Below, piece by piece: positions 1 to 12,900 of a stretch of DNA of 64,000 bases. Position numbers and translations under genes: made by a program. Source of the DNA: Camelus dromedarius (taxonomy: Eukaryota). The stretch lies in assembly GCF_036321535.1 (NCBI RefSeq), contig NC_087437.1, positions 116,996,001-117,060,000 of the forward strand, read 5' to 3'. Under the pieces are notes generated by a model. That model made no database searches, was not told the origin of the DNA, and worked only from the letters and a program-made list of their open reading frames with translations. Position 1 is the stretch's first letter. Every line of letters begins with the position of its first letter.

Positions 1-1112
1 CTGTCTACCTTGCCCACTGCTGCATCCCAAGCACCTGGAAATAAGTACACATTGAACGGGGACCAGAGGAAGATGGATGATCAGGTTTGGAATTAGTTCT
101 TTAATTTGGGCCTTTATGCAGATTAAACAAAAGATTTGCAGGGCATCCTGAATGCACACACTGAAATAGGATCTAAACCAGGCAGGTTTAAAAGCAAAAC
201 AGGGTGGGTCTTTTTTATATACTTCATTGGCTTGGGTTTTTTTTTTTTTCCTCCTAGTTATAAAATGTTGGGAAAAAATTTAAGTAAAAAACAAAAAACT
301 ACCAAATCCCTACCGCCCCAAAACAACTCTAAAATTTAAGTAAATATTCTCCTAGTGATTTTTTTGTAGTTTGACTAAGATTTGTTTTCCTCATAGGTCC
401 CTGTGCCCTGTGTCTCCCCCTGCTCCCCAGAACCCCCTCTTCATGCCTCAGAGGAGTCAGACTGCCATTTCGGGTCTAAAATGTAAAGTCTTGGCCTAAA
501 GACAGATGGCATTATAAGATCAGTCTGAGCTGGCCCTTCCTGTGCCCAGAGATGAGATCACAGGGGATCTAGGTCGGGAGTGGGGAGACAGTATGCATAG
601 GTGTTTTGGGGGGTCCCTGTGTGCACCTGACTTCCAAAGTCAGGGCGAGGCAGAGGCTGAGACAGCGGGAAGCCATGACAGCAGGGCAGAGGGAGCCTCC
701 CTTAGGTAGGGCCCAGCCCAGTGGCCAAGGCCAGAATTTGTACCAGACATGCTTACAAGTGACCTACAAAAGAAATACAGTGGCCCCTTCAAGGTGGAGC
801 AAAGGAATTCTCCTCTGTGTGTCCAGAAGCTGCCCTGAACCCGCCCTCACCGTCCCGGACATCCCAGCAAGTGGGGCAGGCTCTACTGCACCCCGACAGG
901 GCGGCCCGCGCAGTGTGACACCCAGCACTGTCGGTCCCCCGCGTGGAGGCACCCCCCCAGGGAAGGGCCATCTTTGAACTGACGGCCATCTAGGTCCTAT
1001 TGCTGGTGGAATGTGGGCCCAAAAGAGAAATTCAAGTCCAATCCTAGAAAAGTAAAGACCGTGTTACAACCACAATGGTTGCAGCAGAGATTCACACCCA
1101 CAGCTCCTGTAA

Positions 1113-1185
1113 GCACTGACCCTTGAGCAGCTCGGGGAATATGGGCGCCACCTCCGGCCCCCATGCAATCGAAAATCCAAATACT
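1113..1185 (+). mobile_element. Short Tigger-type (TcMar) terminal fragment
   Basis: cactgacccttgagcagctcgggg...gcaatcgaaaatcca resembles the Tigger4/MER46-type end. Confidence 0.45.
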
Positions 1186-1369
1186 GCTATCTCTCCCTCA
1201 AAAGAAAGGAACTGATAAACGATTCACCCAAAGGCAGGAAGCTGAAACAGTTTGGATAGAATCAGGACTCAAACCTCAGTTCTTTATTTTTTAGTTGTGT
1301 TATGACCATAAAAATGTTGAGGACCATATTTTTCATGCCTAGATTTTAAATTATTTTATTTTATTTTTC

Positions 1370-2130
1370 AAAAAGACACATGCACCCGAATGTTCACGGC
1401 AGCATTGTTTACAGTGGTCTACCTATGGAAGCAACCTAAGTGTCCATGAACAGATGAACAGATACACACACACACACACATATACACAAAATGGAATGTC
1501 ACTCAGCCATAAGAAATAATAAAATCTTGCCATTTGCAACAACATTGATGGACCTAAAGGGTATTATGCTAAGTGAAATAAGTTGGACAGAGAAAGACAA
1601 ATACTGTATGATATCACTTACATGTGAAACCTAAAAACTACAACAAACTAGTGAATATAACAAAAAGCAGCAGGCTCACAGATCTAGAGAACAACCTAGT
1701 GGTTACCTGTGGGGAGAGGGAGAGGTAGGGACAAGACAGCAGTGGGAGATGAAAAAGTACAAACTACTATGTATAAAATAAACTACAAGGATATAACGTA
1801 CAGCACAGGGAATATAGCCAATATTTTATAATAACTATGAATGGAGGACAAGCTATAAAAATTTTGAATCACTATATTGTGCACCTAAATTAATACAATA
1901 CCGTAAGTCAACTATACTTCAATTTTAAAAATTAAAAGAAAAATAATGTAAAATAAATAAGCCTCAGGGATGTGATATACAGCATAAGGAATGTGGTCAA
2001 AAATGCTAATACCTCTGTAACGGGGCAGAAGGTTACTAGACTTCTTGTGATCATTTCACAATGTATGCAAATGTCAAATCAGTACACCTGAAACTAACAC
2101 AATACTGTACATTAACTATATTTCAATAAT
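1370..2130 (+). mobile_element. L1 3' end(s): ORF2 tail plus 3' UTR and A-rich tail, followed by a second 3' fragment at ~1960-2130
   Basis: gacacatgcaccc..aatgttcac..gcagcattgtttaca, tggaagcaacctaagtgtcc, caactatacttcaatt. Confidence 0.85.
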
Positions 2131-2400
2131 AACCATAGTTCTTTTGATTTCATATATTGTGATCTCTAAATGAACACAAACTATTCCCCACACTTAAAGA
2201 TCTGTAAAATGAGACTTAAAACATCACATGTGATTTCAAATAGATACTAACTGACCCGCTTCCAAGATTTGGGCAACAGTCCAGAAACAGAACTGAGGGA
2301 ATAGTGGTAGGGGTAAAAATTTGAAAAAAAGAATCTGGAAAATGAAAACACAGCTACTATATTTACTGAAAAAAAATCTGCTATATAAGTAGATCCACAT

Positions 2401-2403
<3 letters not shown>

Positions 2404-2441
<38 letters not shown>
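2404..2441. repeat. (CA)n microsatellite
   Basis: Perfect dinucleotide run. Confidence 0.95.
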
Positions 2442-2443
<2 letters not shown>

Positions 2444-3176
2444 CCTTCCTCATTTTCAAAGCTGCTCCACTTATGCAGTGATCTGATATTTCCGTTCTCA
2501 TCCTCTGACTCACAGACATCTCTGCTCCCATCCATGAGTTCCCCAAAATCTTCCCAGAGCATCATCCTCACCCACCAAGGTCTTTCCTAGAGTCAAGGTC
2601 TGTGCAGATGGTTCTGTTTCCCACGTAGACAGTCCTACATGCCCTGCAGCTGTGTGAACACGCCCAGGCAGGACAGACAGCTCCCAGCTGAGTGGCAGGG
2701 GCAGCTTTTAGAAAAGGCAGCGTGTAGGGAGGGAGACAAGGTGAGAGAGGTAAGGTGGGTCTAGACCGCAAGGAGCCTGAATGTGGACCAGACACTTGGA
2801 CTTAACCTGATAAGCAACAGGAGCCACACGTGACAGTGAGAGGTAGCGGGCAGAAAATGGGGGTGCCGAGGCTGCGCAGACCGACGCGGAGAGAGTCAGC
2901 CTTCTGCTTCCCTGAGACCTGATTCTCTATGACGGGGCTCATCTGAGAAGGGGCGATTGGCTGTTAAGGAGGAGCTGGACCTGGTGGGCTAGGTAGTCGG
3001 ACTGCATCATGCACCTACACTATTGTTCGAGAAGGGGCAGAGGGAGAGGACCAGACCGGGGAGGGCAGCGGCTTCAAGGAGCAGCAGGACTGAAAGAAGG
3101 TTGGTGAGTTCTAGAACAGTCAGAAAGTTTGTTGACGGAACTATAGCATCCTAGGGAGAAAAAGAGAAAGAAGTGA

Positions 3177-3283
3177 GGGGAGGGTATAGCTCAGTGGTAG
3201 AGCCTTAGCATGCATGAGGTCCTGGGTTCAATCCCACAGCACCTCCATTAAAAATAAACAAACAAACAAACAAATAAATAAAA
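3177..3283 (+). mobile_element. tRNA-derived SINE (camelid type) with (AAAC)n tail, followed by a polypurine tract to ~3397
   Basis: ggggagggtatagctcagtggtagag...gtcctgggttcaatccc (A and B boxes). Confidence 0.85.
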
Positions 3284-3414
3284 GAGAGACAGAAAGAGAG
3301 AGGGAAGGAAGGAAGGGAGGGAGGGAGAGAGAGAGAGAGAGAGAGGAGAAAGAGAGAAAAGAAAGAAAAGGAAGGGAGGAAGGAAGAAAGAGAAAGATTT
3401 ATTTAGTCAAAAAT

Positions 3415-4025
3415 CTACCCAGCAATCCCACTCCTGGGTATATATCCAGAAAAGATGAAAACTCGAATTTGGCAAGAGACATGCACACCAATGTTCATAG
3501 TGGCATTATTTACAATAGCCAAGACATGGAAGCAACCCAAGTGTCTACCTAAGTGTCCACAGATGATTGGATAAAGATGTGGTACATATATACAACAGAA
3601 CGCTACTCAGCCATAAAAAAGAGTAAAATGCTGCCATTTACAGCAATATGGATGGACCTAGAGATGATCATACTAGGTAAGTCAGACAAAGAAAGACAAA
3701 TATCATATATCACTTACATGTGGACTCTAAAAATGATACAAATGAATTTATTTACAAAACAAAAAGAGAATCAGACATAGAAAACAAATTTATGGTTACT
3801 AAAGGGGAAGGGGTGAGGGAGGGATAAACTGGGACTACGGGATTAACAGACACACACCGCTACACACAATAATAACCTATACTGGAAAATACAAAATATA
3901 TATATAAGATACATATATATGTGTGTGTGTGTCTGAATCACTTTGCTGTGTAACTGAAACTAACACAATATTATAAATCAACTATACTTCAATTTCTAAA
4001 AAAGCATATTTAATTAAAAAAAATT
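3415..4025 (+). mobile_element. L1 3' end
   Basis: cccagcaatcccactcctgggtatatatcc...; ORF2-tail translation [22 protein letters not shown]. Confidence 0.9.
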
Positions 4026-5266
4026 AAGCAGATCATGAATCCAAAAGCAGAAATGCTTTTGTGGTTATAAATAACACTTAAAATCTTTTAAATAAACCGG
4101 ACTGCATCTCTTTAGAGTCTAATCATCTCTGTGAACTTGCATCAGTAACTGCCCGGCTTCTTATCCTTTTCTTGGGATGTCTTTCAAGTTCACTGCCACT
4201 GAGAGGATTCAGATGTAAATCACCCTCCTTCCTTTGAAATTAAGATGCTTTGAGCTATTTTGGTATCAGTCATGTTTAATATCAGTTTCACAAGGTATAG
4301 ACATGAATATATGAACAATCTCACATTTTAATATTAAGAGATGGAGCAGACAGCCAAGTTATCAGTACGTGGTTAAATCCAGCACTCCAGCTGCTGCAGA
4401 ACTCGAGGTGGGATTTCTGAGCAATCACTGGCCACGCCTAGCAGTCTGGCGGCCACTTGCCAGCCCATAAAGCGGGTTGCTTTGTTAGAAACATCAAAGG
4501 CTCGGGCTTGACTCAGCAGAGACACACGCTGCTCAGAGCCCTAGTGAGGCAAGGTCTTCATGGAACTTGGAGTCCGGCGGTGAGAGGCCATGGAGGTATC
4601 CTGGGCCCTGTCTGCACCGAGGGCAGGGCAGGCCGGAATGTCTCATCCTGGGGTCTCTGCCCGAGGCCAGCACCTTCTCTCAAAGTCGGAGGCGTTCTGG
4701 GCCCAGAGAGAGGAAGCCCACCTCTCTGGGTGCAGCCCAGAAGCCAGTCTGGACGGCCAGGCCAGCTGGCACTCAGCGTGGACTGTCAGGTCTACGGCCA
4801 GGCCTAGCGGTGACACTGTCTGGATTCTGACTCGAGGCAGTGGGTGGACCAGCCCTGGGACTGCCGCCTTGGCACATCAGCAGCTCCTGGCTGAGCTCCG
4901 CGGGCTCATCGGAGAAGTTGACATGCCCACTGGACAGGGTTCCAAGTTCCATCTGGCCATCCAGAGCACAGTTCTGCCGCCAGCTCTCTGACTGCCTGTG
5001 TGTCTTACCCTCAACTAAACACCTGCAGACATCCTTAGCCTGACAGGTTTCTGAGCCACAGCCCACACGACCTCTAATTCCCATTCCAGGAGGATTTGAG
5101 TCTTGGACCCTTGCTCTGTCTGTCCAGCCTCCTGCCCACAGCTTTCAAATTGGGTGCAGCAGGAAATGGGTTCCTGACAGGGACTTAAATTCAGACGCAG
5201 GGAGGAGGGTCGCAAGGGCCAGATCCAAGCTAAGAGCACACGGACCGCAGGAGCCTGTGATGGGAA

Positions 5267-5887
5267 TGTAACTGAGCAGGACCCTGTGTGGCCTTCCTGC
5301 TACAGACCCCTCCCTCCATGTCCTCGGCCTGCCTCTCATTTGCAGGAAAGCTGTCGTCTCTTCCAGACCTCCCGAGTCACCAAACCCTGGCTCAGGAATT
5401 AATGAAAAGGATGTGAACACATAGTGACAAAGCAGCAGCTGGGCCAGGAGAACTGGTAACAATTTGAACATTAAATCAGCCATGCAGCAGTCACAGAATC
5501 TTTAGCTCCTCCCTGAAGTACCTAGATAACAATATCTGATACACATTCCTGAGTTGCTTTACAGATACTAAAACCCCACCAAATTTAAGAAGTTAACTGT
5601 TTGATGACCTAGAGCCTGAGGATTGATGACATTAACCCCTGTGACACCACCTTGTTACCTCACCATCAACCAGAGAATTGTGCACGAGGTGCTCAGACAC
5701 CCTGGGATACCCCCTCCCCACACACACACACACATGGCCTTTAAAAATTCTTCTCTGAAACTCATCAGGAATACAGGTCTTCTGTTCTCCTTGCTCAGCC
5801 CTGCAGTAAACCTTTCTCTGCTCCAGACTTCAATGTTTCAGTGTTTGACCTCACTGTGTCAGGCACATGAACTTGGGTTCAACAACA
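5267..5887 (+). mobile_element. Solo ERV LTR
   Basis: TGTAA...AACA termini, tttaaaa TATA-like box and agtaaa poly(A) variant; no flanking internal ERV sequence. Confidence 0.65.
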
Positions 5888-7429
5888 GAAACACACAGGC
5901 AGACCTCAGACAGACCACGAGACTTGAGAGCCTTACGCGTGTTGGCCTGGCCCAGCCCAAGGCTGCCACTCCATGCCCAGTTCCAGCAGCTGTGGCTGAA
6001 ATGGAGCTGCCGAAGTGGGAACCTGGTTCTTCTGGACTGTTTCCCATCCTGCAAAGCTGAGCCCAGTCTCCGGGGGCCACAGGGTTTCCAGTCTGCTAGG
6101 TGGTGCCAACATTGAGGCCCCAGAACTTCACCTTCCCAGCCCCAGACAGGCAGGTTTGCAGGATTGAATCCACTGCTTCCCAGGGTCTGACGCTGTCCTG
6201 CTCAACCTATTTGTATGGTAAAATAGTCTCTTCCCAGACCCGCTTCAAGAATGATATGAAATGACAGATATAACCCTGTCTAGGCAATTTCAAGTACATG
6301 GTGACAATTTAACAAGCACTGGTCCCCTTCTCTGGTTAATTCAGTAGTTTCTTTTTAGGATGGAATTCAGGTAAACGGGCACTAAATGCATCTCCAAATG
6401 GCACTGAGGATGGAGAAAGGAGAGGGAGGTTTAGTTCGTTCTGTTTGTCCTTTTCCTAAATAAGCAAGCTTCACTGAAAACCATCCCCTTCCACCCCCTT
6501 GAGTGGATGCGCTGGAGTGAAACCCAAGACAGCACAGATAAATCTGCAGGGAATTCAAGATCCTCTTTGCAAGACATGTTCACAATCATCAGAATGATTT
6601 CACCTCCCCCTCCTCTCCTTTTCTGAGGCACTAACAAAGAGGGACATTGCCACACTGTTTCATGAAGGATCAAATAGAATTTGCAGAGAATGCTGAGACA
6701 AGGCTTCTCTTTGTGGTCGTAACAGAGTCTATTTAAGCAATGCCAGACAGTTCTTAGTTAAACAGGTCACCAGATAGGCGCTGGAGATATTTTTTCACAT
6801 TCAAAAATGTTTGTGGTGCCTGTATTTAATGGGAGCGGGGGGGCCACAGATTGGATTACCAGCACCGAGATGTTCTAAAGTTGGGCTGTTAGATCAAGGA
6901 GCTGCACAGCTGTGGATGGCGTGGCTGCAAACTGAGTTCCTCCTGTTACCAGAGGCTCTCAGCCAAGCTGGACCTAGCTGAGTTCTTAAAATCTGATTGA
7001 TCTGGAAAGTCCCAATATGGAATCCATGCCACACTACTCACCCCGCCTTCCTAAAACACCAGAATTCCAGGCAGCTTCAGAGACAGTACCCACTTCTTTT
7101 TCTCTTTTCATCTTTCGTGCACCTTCCCTTCTCTCTGCCCCTTCCCCTGCCCAAACGAAGATCGCAAGACTTGAACACAACTCAGAAATGAGTCTCCATT
7201 GCATTGAAAGTAGAGGAGTCAAAATTAGAGGTAAATTACGTGCATTCTGCTATTGACTTTTCTCCAGAAACCGCCCCTCTTCCCATTGGTGATCTAAGGG
7301 CATGAATAGAACTACAAATTCTAAATCTCAAAATAAGTATTGATCTGTTACTCTTCATTAATCTTAGCAAAGGAAAGAACACATAACTCATTCAACCAAC
7401 CACAACACTGATAAATCCAACCATAAAGC

Positions 7430-7940
7430 ATCGGTCCTCATCTTTCTCGATGTGTCAGCAGTATGGCGCCCAGATAAACAATCCCTCCTGTTTCAAGCAC
7501 CTTCTTCACAGACGTCCTGGAAACCATGGTCTCCTGGCTCCATCCCACCTTCCTGGGGGTGTTTCTTGGGCACCTGCGGCCTCCCTGACCACCAACACTG
7601 CAGGGCCTCGGGACTCATCCCTTGGTGCCCTGCGCTCATTGACTGGCGATCTCACCCAGCCCCACTGCACCAGTCCCTTTGCAGATGACTCCCATCTGTA
7701 GCCACCAGCTGGGACGTCTCCCAAACGCCAGGCTGTATATCCAAGTGCCTACGCAGTATCTCCACCTGAACAGCTAGTGACATCTCAAACTTATACCTAC
7801 AACCACAGTGGGCTTCCCTCCTTAACCTGTAGCATCCTCCACCTCAGCTGATGCAACTCCATTCTTCCAATTGCTCAGAACTCAGACCTGGGGGTTCACC
7901 CTGGCTCCTACATCTAAGCCGTTAGCAAATCCTATTTGTC
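7430..7940 (+). mobile_element. Old L2 fragment
   Basis: catctcaaactta..., ccattcttccaattgctcagaac..cctggggg, agcaaatcct are typical L2 3' motifs. Confidence 0.55.
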
Positions 7941-7967
7941 AGATGGATCAGTGGCTGGTGGGGTGGT

Positions 7968-8960
7968 GTAGATACAAGGAGTGAATATTCCTGAAGGAGA
8001 AGTCCTTGGGGGTCTCACATTTCTGCACCTGCTGAGAGCAGAGATGCTATCTTCTCAAGGCCGTCTATAGAGCAGTCTTAGAAGATAGAAACTGTCTCCA
8101 GGAGCAAAGGGCAGATTTGCTTAACGTCTAGTAGAACAGCATTTCCTGCAGGGAAAAGGCAGGTTTGCTTGCCATCATAGATTTGGATTCCCAAAGCCTG
8201 AGAGTCCTCAGCTGTGAGGCAGACCCACTGCGAGCACAGTATCCACCTGGATGGTTCTGCCTCCTCCTCAAGGGACCGGGGGACAGGAGGAGCTGACACC
8301 AATAGGAAGCACACACTTCTTGCTATGCTATAATAAAGTCCTACCCCAGAGCCTTGTGTCTATACCAGGATGCAGGAAACTGCGGCAGACTTACCTCTAA
8401 GTTTGCAAGTCAGCAAAATCCCTAATCCTTCACAATTCTTAACAATGTGATATTTGGCGCATGCAGTGGACTGTGATCAGATACACAGAAAGCCCACAGT
8501 GTTTTTAAGGGTGTGGTATTTCAGGTGCTCATCTTTCTATGGATCAGAATGCTACTCAGCTAACAAAGGTCATTTCTTTGAGACTGGGCAAGGCATGTGA
8601 TGAAAAACAAAGCCTTAGAAAAGGGCCAAGAATGAGACTGGAGAGGCTGTCAGAGAACAGAAACTGGGCCTTGTCAAGGAGTACCTCTCACCAGGGGAGG
8701 CAGCTGGGCACTATTTGCCCAGTGGAATTTCAGAACTGGTACAGACCAGCACCTACCCTCTGTGTCCCAGTCTTTGCCTCTTCAAATGAAAGCATTTCTT
8801 GCAGATGGCTTGTCCCTTTCTCACCAGTGTGCACTGAGTGTGTAGTGAGCAGACAACTTGTCTTTTTACTTGGTAGATTTCTGTAGAAGATGCATCTAGA
8901 CCTTACCTAGGTTACAAGACTCTGAACTTCAGGCCTGATACCATGGATGAGACATCCTAG
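7968..8960. mobile_element. Old ERVL-class LTR fragments (MER21-like ~7968-8445, then an MLT2/ERVL-like piece)
   Basis: agcaaagggcagatttgctta, ctaataataaagtcc; family assigned by eye only. Confidence 0.45.
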
Positions 8961-8965
8961 GACAC

Positions 8966-9480
8966 CCAAAGTACATTTATACAGTGGAATACTACTCAGC
9001 CATAAAAAAGAATAAAATGCCATTTGTAGCAACATGGATGGACCTGGAGATCATCATTCTAAGTGAAGTAAGCCAGAAAGAGAAAGAAAAATACCATATG
9101 ATGTCATTCATATGTGGAATCTAAAAAAAAAAAAAAAAAAAAAAAAGACACAAATGAGCTTATTTACAAAACAGAAACAGACTCACAGACATAGAAAACA
9201 AGCTTATGGTTACCAGGGTCGGGGGGAAAGGCGTGGAAAGGGATAAATTGGGAGCTTGAGATTTGCACATACTAACTACAATATATAAAGCAGATTAACA
9301 AGAATTTTCTACTATATAGCACAGGGAACTGTATTCAATATCTTGTAGTAACTTGCTGAAAAAGAATATGAAAAGGAATAAATGTATGTGTATGTATGAC
9401 TGAAACATGCAGTGCATCAGAAATTGACACAGAACTGTAAACTGACTATACTTCAATTAAAATAAAGATTAAAAAAAAAG
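8966..9480 (+). mobile_element. L1 3' end
   Basis: tggaatactactcagccataaaaaagaat...gtaaactgactatacttcaattaaaataaa. Confidence 0.9.
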
Positions 9481-9717
9481 AATCACCCATAGATCATCAA
9501 CTTTCACAAACCATACAGAATTTTTGCACTCAAGTATATATTTTGACATATTAATAAACCTGTTGGTATCTGTAGCTTTTTAGCAATTTAACTATATTAC
9601 CTTAAAATATTCAAACAAAACAATACTCCCACCTAGTGGATAAAAAAATGGCTTATTTCAGTTGTGAACAGTACCACCATAAAAAAGGAACTAAAACTAC
9701 AAGGAATTTAAGGTAAG

Positions 9718-9723
9718 TTTATT
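9718..9723 (-). terminator. Probable PSMG1 polyadenylation signal (AATAAA)
   Basis: TTTATT on the plus strand, ~110 nt downstream of the PSMG1 stop. Confidence 0.6.
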
Positions 9724-9833
9724 GTTTTTCACTCCCTCAAAATACTTCCCTGAAAAAAGTAACCTACAAAACACTGCACGCTGCTCCCCTTAAACGAATG
9801 GATGGGTGATACACTACAAAACAATCTTCAGAA

Positions 9834-9908
9834 TCATGTGTAAATGTTACTCTGAATCTCATTTGTCGTCATCAATTTCTTCAGTATCTCTGTGCTCTGG
9901 GGAATATT
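9834..9908 (-). CDS. PSMG1: PSMG1 exon 7, coding part (75 nt incl. TGA)
   Basis: [24 protein letters not shown]; pyrimidine tract followed by ccag| acceptor. Confidence 0.96.
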   Translation of the reverse strand, partial: NIPQSTEILKKLMTTNEIQSNIYT

Positions 9909-12900
9909 CTGGAAGGAGAGAAAAAAGCTGTTGAAATATTGAGGTTGGGAACTCAGTTAGAAGCAATGCACACAGGCCAGTCCCTACGCTATCGAGACAT
10001 AAGCAAAGAAGTGCAGCCAGCGGAGCCAGCCGGCCTCTCAGCTCCACGCTCAAAAGGCACAACATCCAAGCGAGCCGACCCCTGGTCCAAGCGCTGCCCG
10101 AACAGGTGTGACCCCAGGGCCTCCCCAGGGGTCTGAGGGCCTTAGAGGGACATGACGTGCCACTCGGCGCACCCCTCCCATGTGAACTCACTTCCCTCTG
10201 CACCCCACTCCCACCCACACTCACGCCACTCTCCCCAGGCGCCCGGAACGTGCCCACTTCGTGCTCACGTTGCCTCCCTCTGCACAGCCCTACCCACTAG
10301 GAGCCCCCATCTGCCAAGTGTAGCTGAATGGCCACCTTCCCGGGAGCCTCTCCTCGGGTTAACCTTGGCCGCTGCTCCCCCCGACCCTGGCTGGCGCCAC
10401 GGCCACCTGCGCCACCTCCAGGCTGTGGCCCACGAGACACTGTGGGTCCACACAGCGGGCACTTGAGAGAACTCCCCATGGTTACCCAAACAACACTTTC
10501 AATGGACAGAAACTACGCAGTGACCCAGGAGGACGGTACTTGGTCACTAGGAAAACAGCACTCTTCCAACCCCGCCCGCAAATCATCATGTTCAGAGCAA
10601 GAAATGGAAACGTTAAAGAAAGTTATTTAAATTTTCCCTTTAAATTTTTGCAAGTGAAACCGACAAAGGCTTGATCTCCAGAATATATAAGCAGCTCATA
10701 CGACTCAATAAGAAAAAAATAAACAACCCAATCCAAAAATGGGCAGAAGACCTAAACAAGCAATTCTCCAAGGAAGACATACAAATGATCAAAAAGCATA
10801 TGAAAAAATGCTCAATATCACTAATTATCAGAGAAACGCAAATCAAAACTACAATGAGGTATCACCTCACACCAGTCAGATGGCCGTCATTCAAAAATCC
10901 ACAAATGACAAATGCTGAAGAGGCTGTGGAGAAAGGGGAACCCTCCTACACTGCTGGTGGGAATGCAGTTTGGTGCAGCCACTATGGAAAACAGTGTGGA
11001 GATTCCTCAAAAGACTAGGAATAGACTTACCATATGACCCAGGAATCCCACTCCTGGGCTTGTATCCAGAAGGAAATCTACTTCAGGATGACACCTGCAC
11101 CCCAATGCTCATAGCAGCACTATTTACAATAGCCAAAACATGGAAACAGCCTAAATGTCCATCAACAGGTGACTGGATAAAGAAGATGTGGTATATTTAT
11201 ACAATGGAATACTACTCAGCCATAAAAACCGACAACATAATGCCATTTGCAGCAACATGGATGCTCCTGGAGAATGTCATTCTAAGTGAAGTAAGCCAGA
11301 AAGAGAAAGAAAAATACCATATGAGATCGCTCATATGTGGAATCTAAAAAACAAAAACAAAAACAAACAAACAAAAACAAAGCGTAAATAAAGGACAGAA
11401 ATAGACTCACAGACAGAGAATACAGACTTGCGGTTACCAGGGGGGTGGAGGGTGGGAAGGGATAGACTGGGATTTCAAAATTGTAGAATAGACTACACTG
11501 TATAGCACAGGGAAATATACACAAAATGTTATGATAACTCACAGAGAAAAAAATGTGACAATGAGTGTGTATATGTCCATGAATAACTGAAAAATTGTGC
11601 TGAACACTGGAATTTGACACAACATTGTAAAATGATTATAAATCAATAAAAAAAAAAATTTTCCCTTTAAAGAATGTTTCTGAACACTGAAAGCTGACTT
11701 AAGCTCTACAGGACAGATGATTTAGGAGACTCGGAACAAGCCCACGTGTTCCCGGAGCGCCCAGGCCCCGAGCACCGCTGACACGAGCGGAACCTTCCAG
11801 CACCTTCACCGCCAGCGTGTTTCCCGCAGACGGCTCTGCTGCACCACTTCCCCAAGGCCTTCGCAGCGCACAACTGACTGGCTGCCAGGCAATTCTGCCA
11901 TAAAAGATGAAACAGCCCGTTGACAGTTTGGTTTCACTGCTCCACTGACGCAGCACTCCCACCTTGACGTCACATGAATCTGAGCCCTCCTGGTGGTGTC
12001 CACAATGACCAGCAGGCCTGGCGTCTTAAAACAGTGGTTCATAACAACTATGTCCATAGACTTGATAGAAAATACCGTGCTAAAACTTACTGGAAGTGCA
12101 AAATAAGAGAGTATGAAGCCAGACCACATACTCCACCAGAAAATGACTGCATATCAGTTTACAAATCTGTCAGTGATTTTAAAGTGCAGAGTTAAGCCCT
12201 CGCTTCCCAGAGAATTTCAGAACGTCTACTGATGCACATGTGACAGCAGGCCAAGAACAACGAGGTACATACAATAGGTTTCACAAGGCAATGATACAAC
12301 CCTCAGGTTACAAATATGCACCCCAGGATGGAAACGGATCCCGCACTTAAGGAAGAAATTTTAGCGAAAAAGAAAAAGTGCAACGCCGAAAGAAGAGCAG
12401 AACCAACCAGCCAATATATCTATGTATATACATGATCAACTCGGAAGTCAAGCGCTTAGGCACAATCCACAAAATAAAACCGGTTGTTTGCACAGTACTG
12501 TCATAAGTCTATGCACATTTAAATGTATTCAAATATTTAGTATTTTGCAATAAAATCTTTCTAATTTTGTTATTCATTCCTTTTGTTTCACTATCTCCTT
12601 TTTAACGTCCCTCTTATTTTCCGTTATTTTATCTTTTAAGGCAAAACTGTCTTTTAGACATTTAGTTATGCAGTGAAAATGTTTTTAATTTTGTTATTTA
12701 TTTCTCATTCTTATGTCCTTTTTAACGTCCCTCTTTTATTTTTTATTATTCACAGCAAAATTGCCTCATGGCCAATTAGTTATATGACAAAAACATCTGC
12801 AGTGATTTTTCTGGGGAAAGAGCCCACAGATACATACAAACTGAGAGCAGGGGACAGGCTTATCTCATCTTCACACATCTAGTGCCATGCAAAATTAAGT

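Noticed and set aside
4457..5239. Overlapping ORFs in a GC-richer intergenic patch (also 606-989)
   Set aside because: No recognisable protein, no exon chain, and mutually overlapping frames typical of chance ORFs
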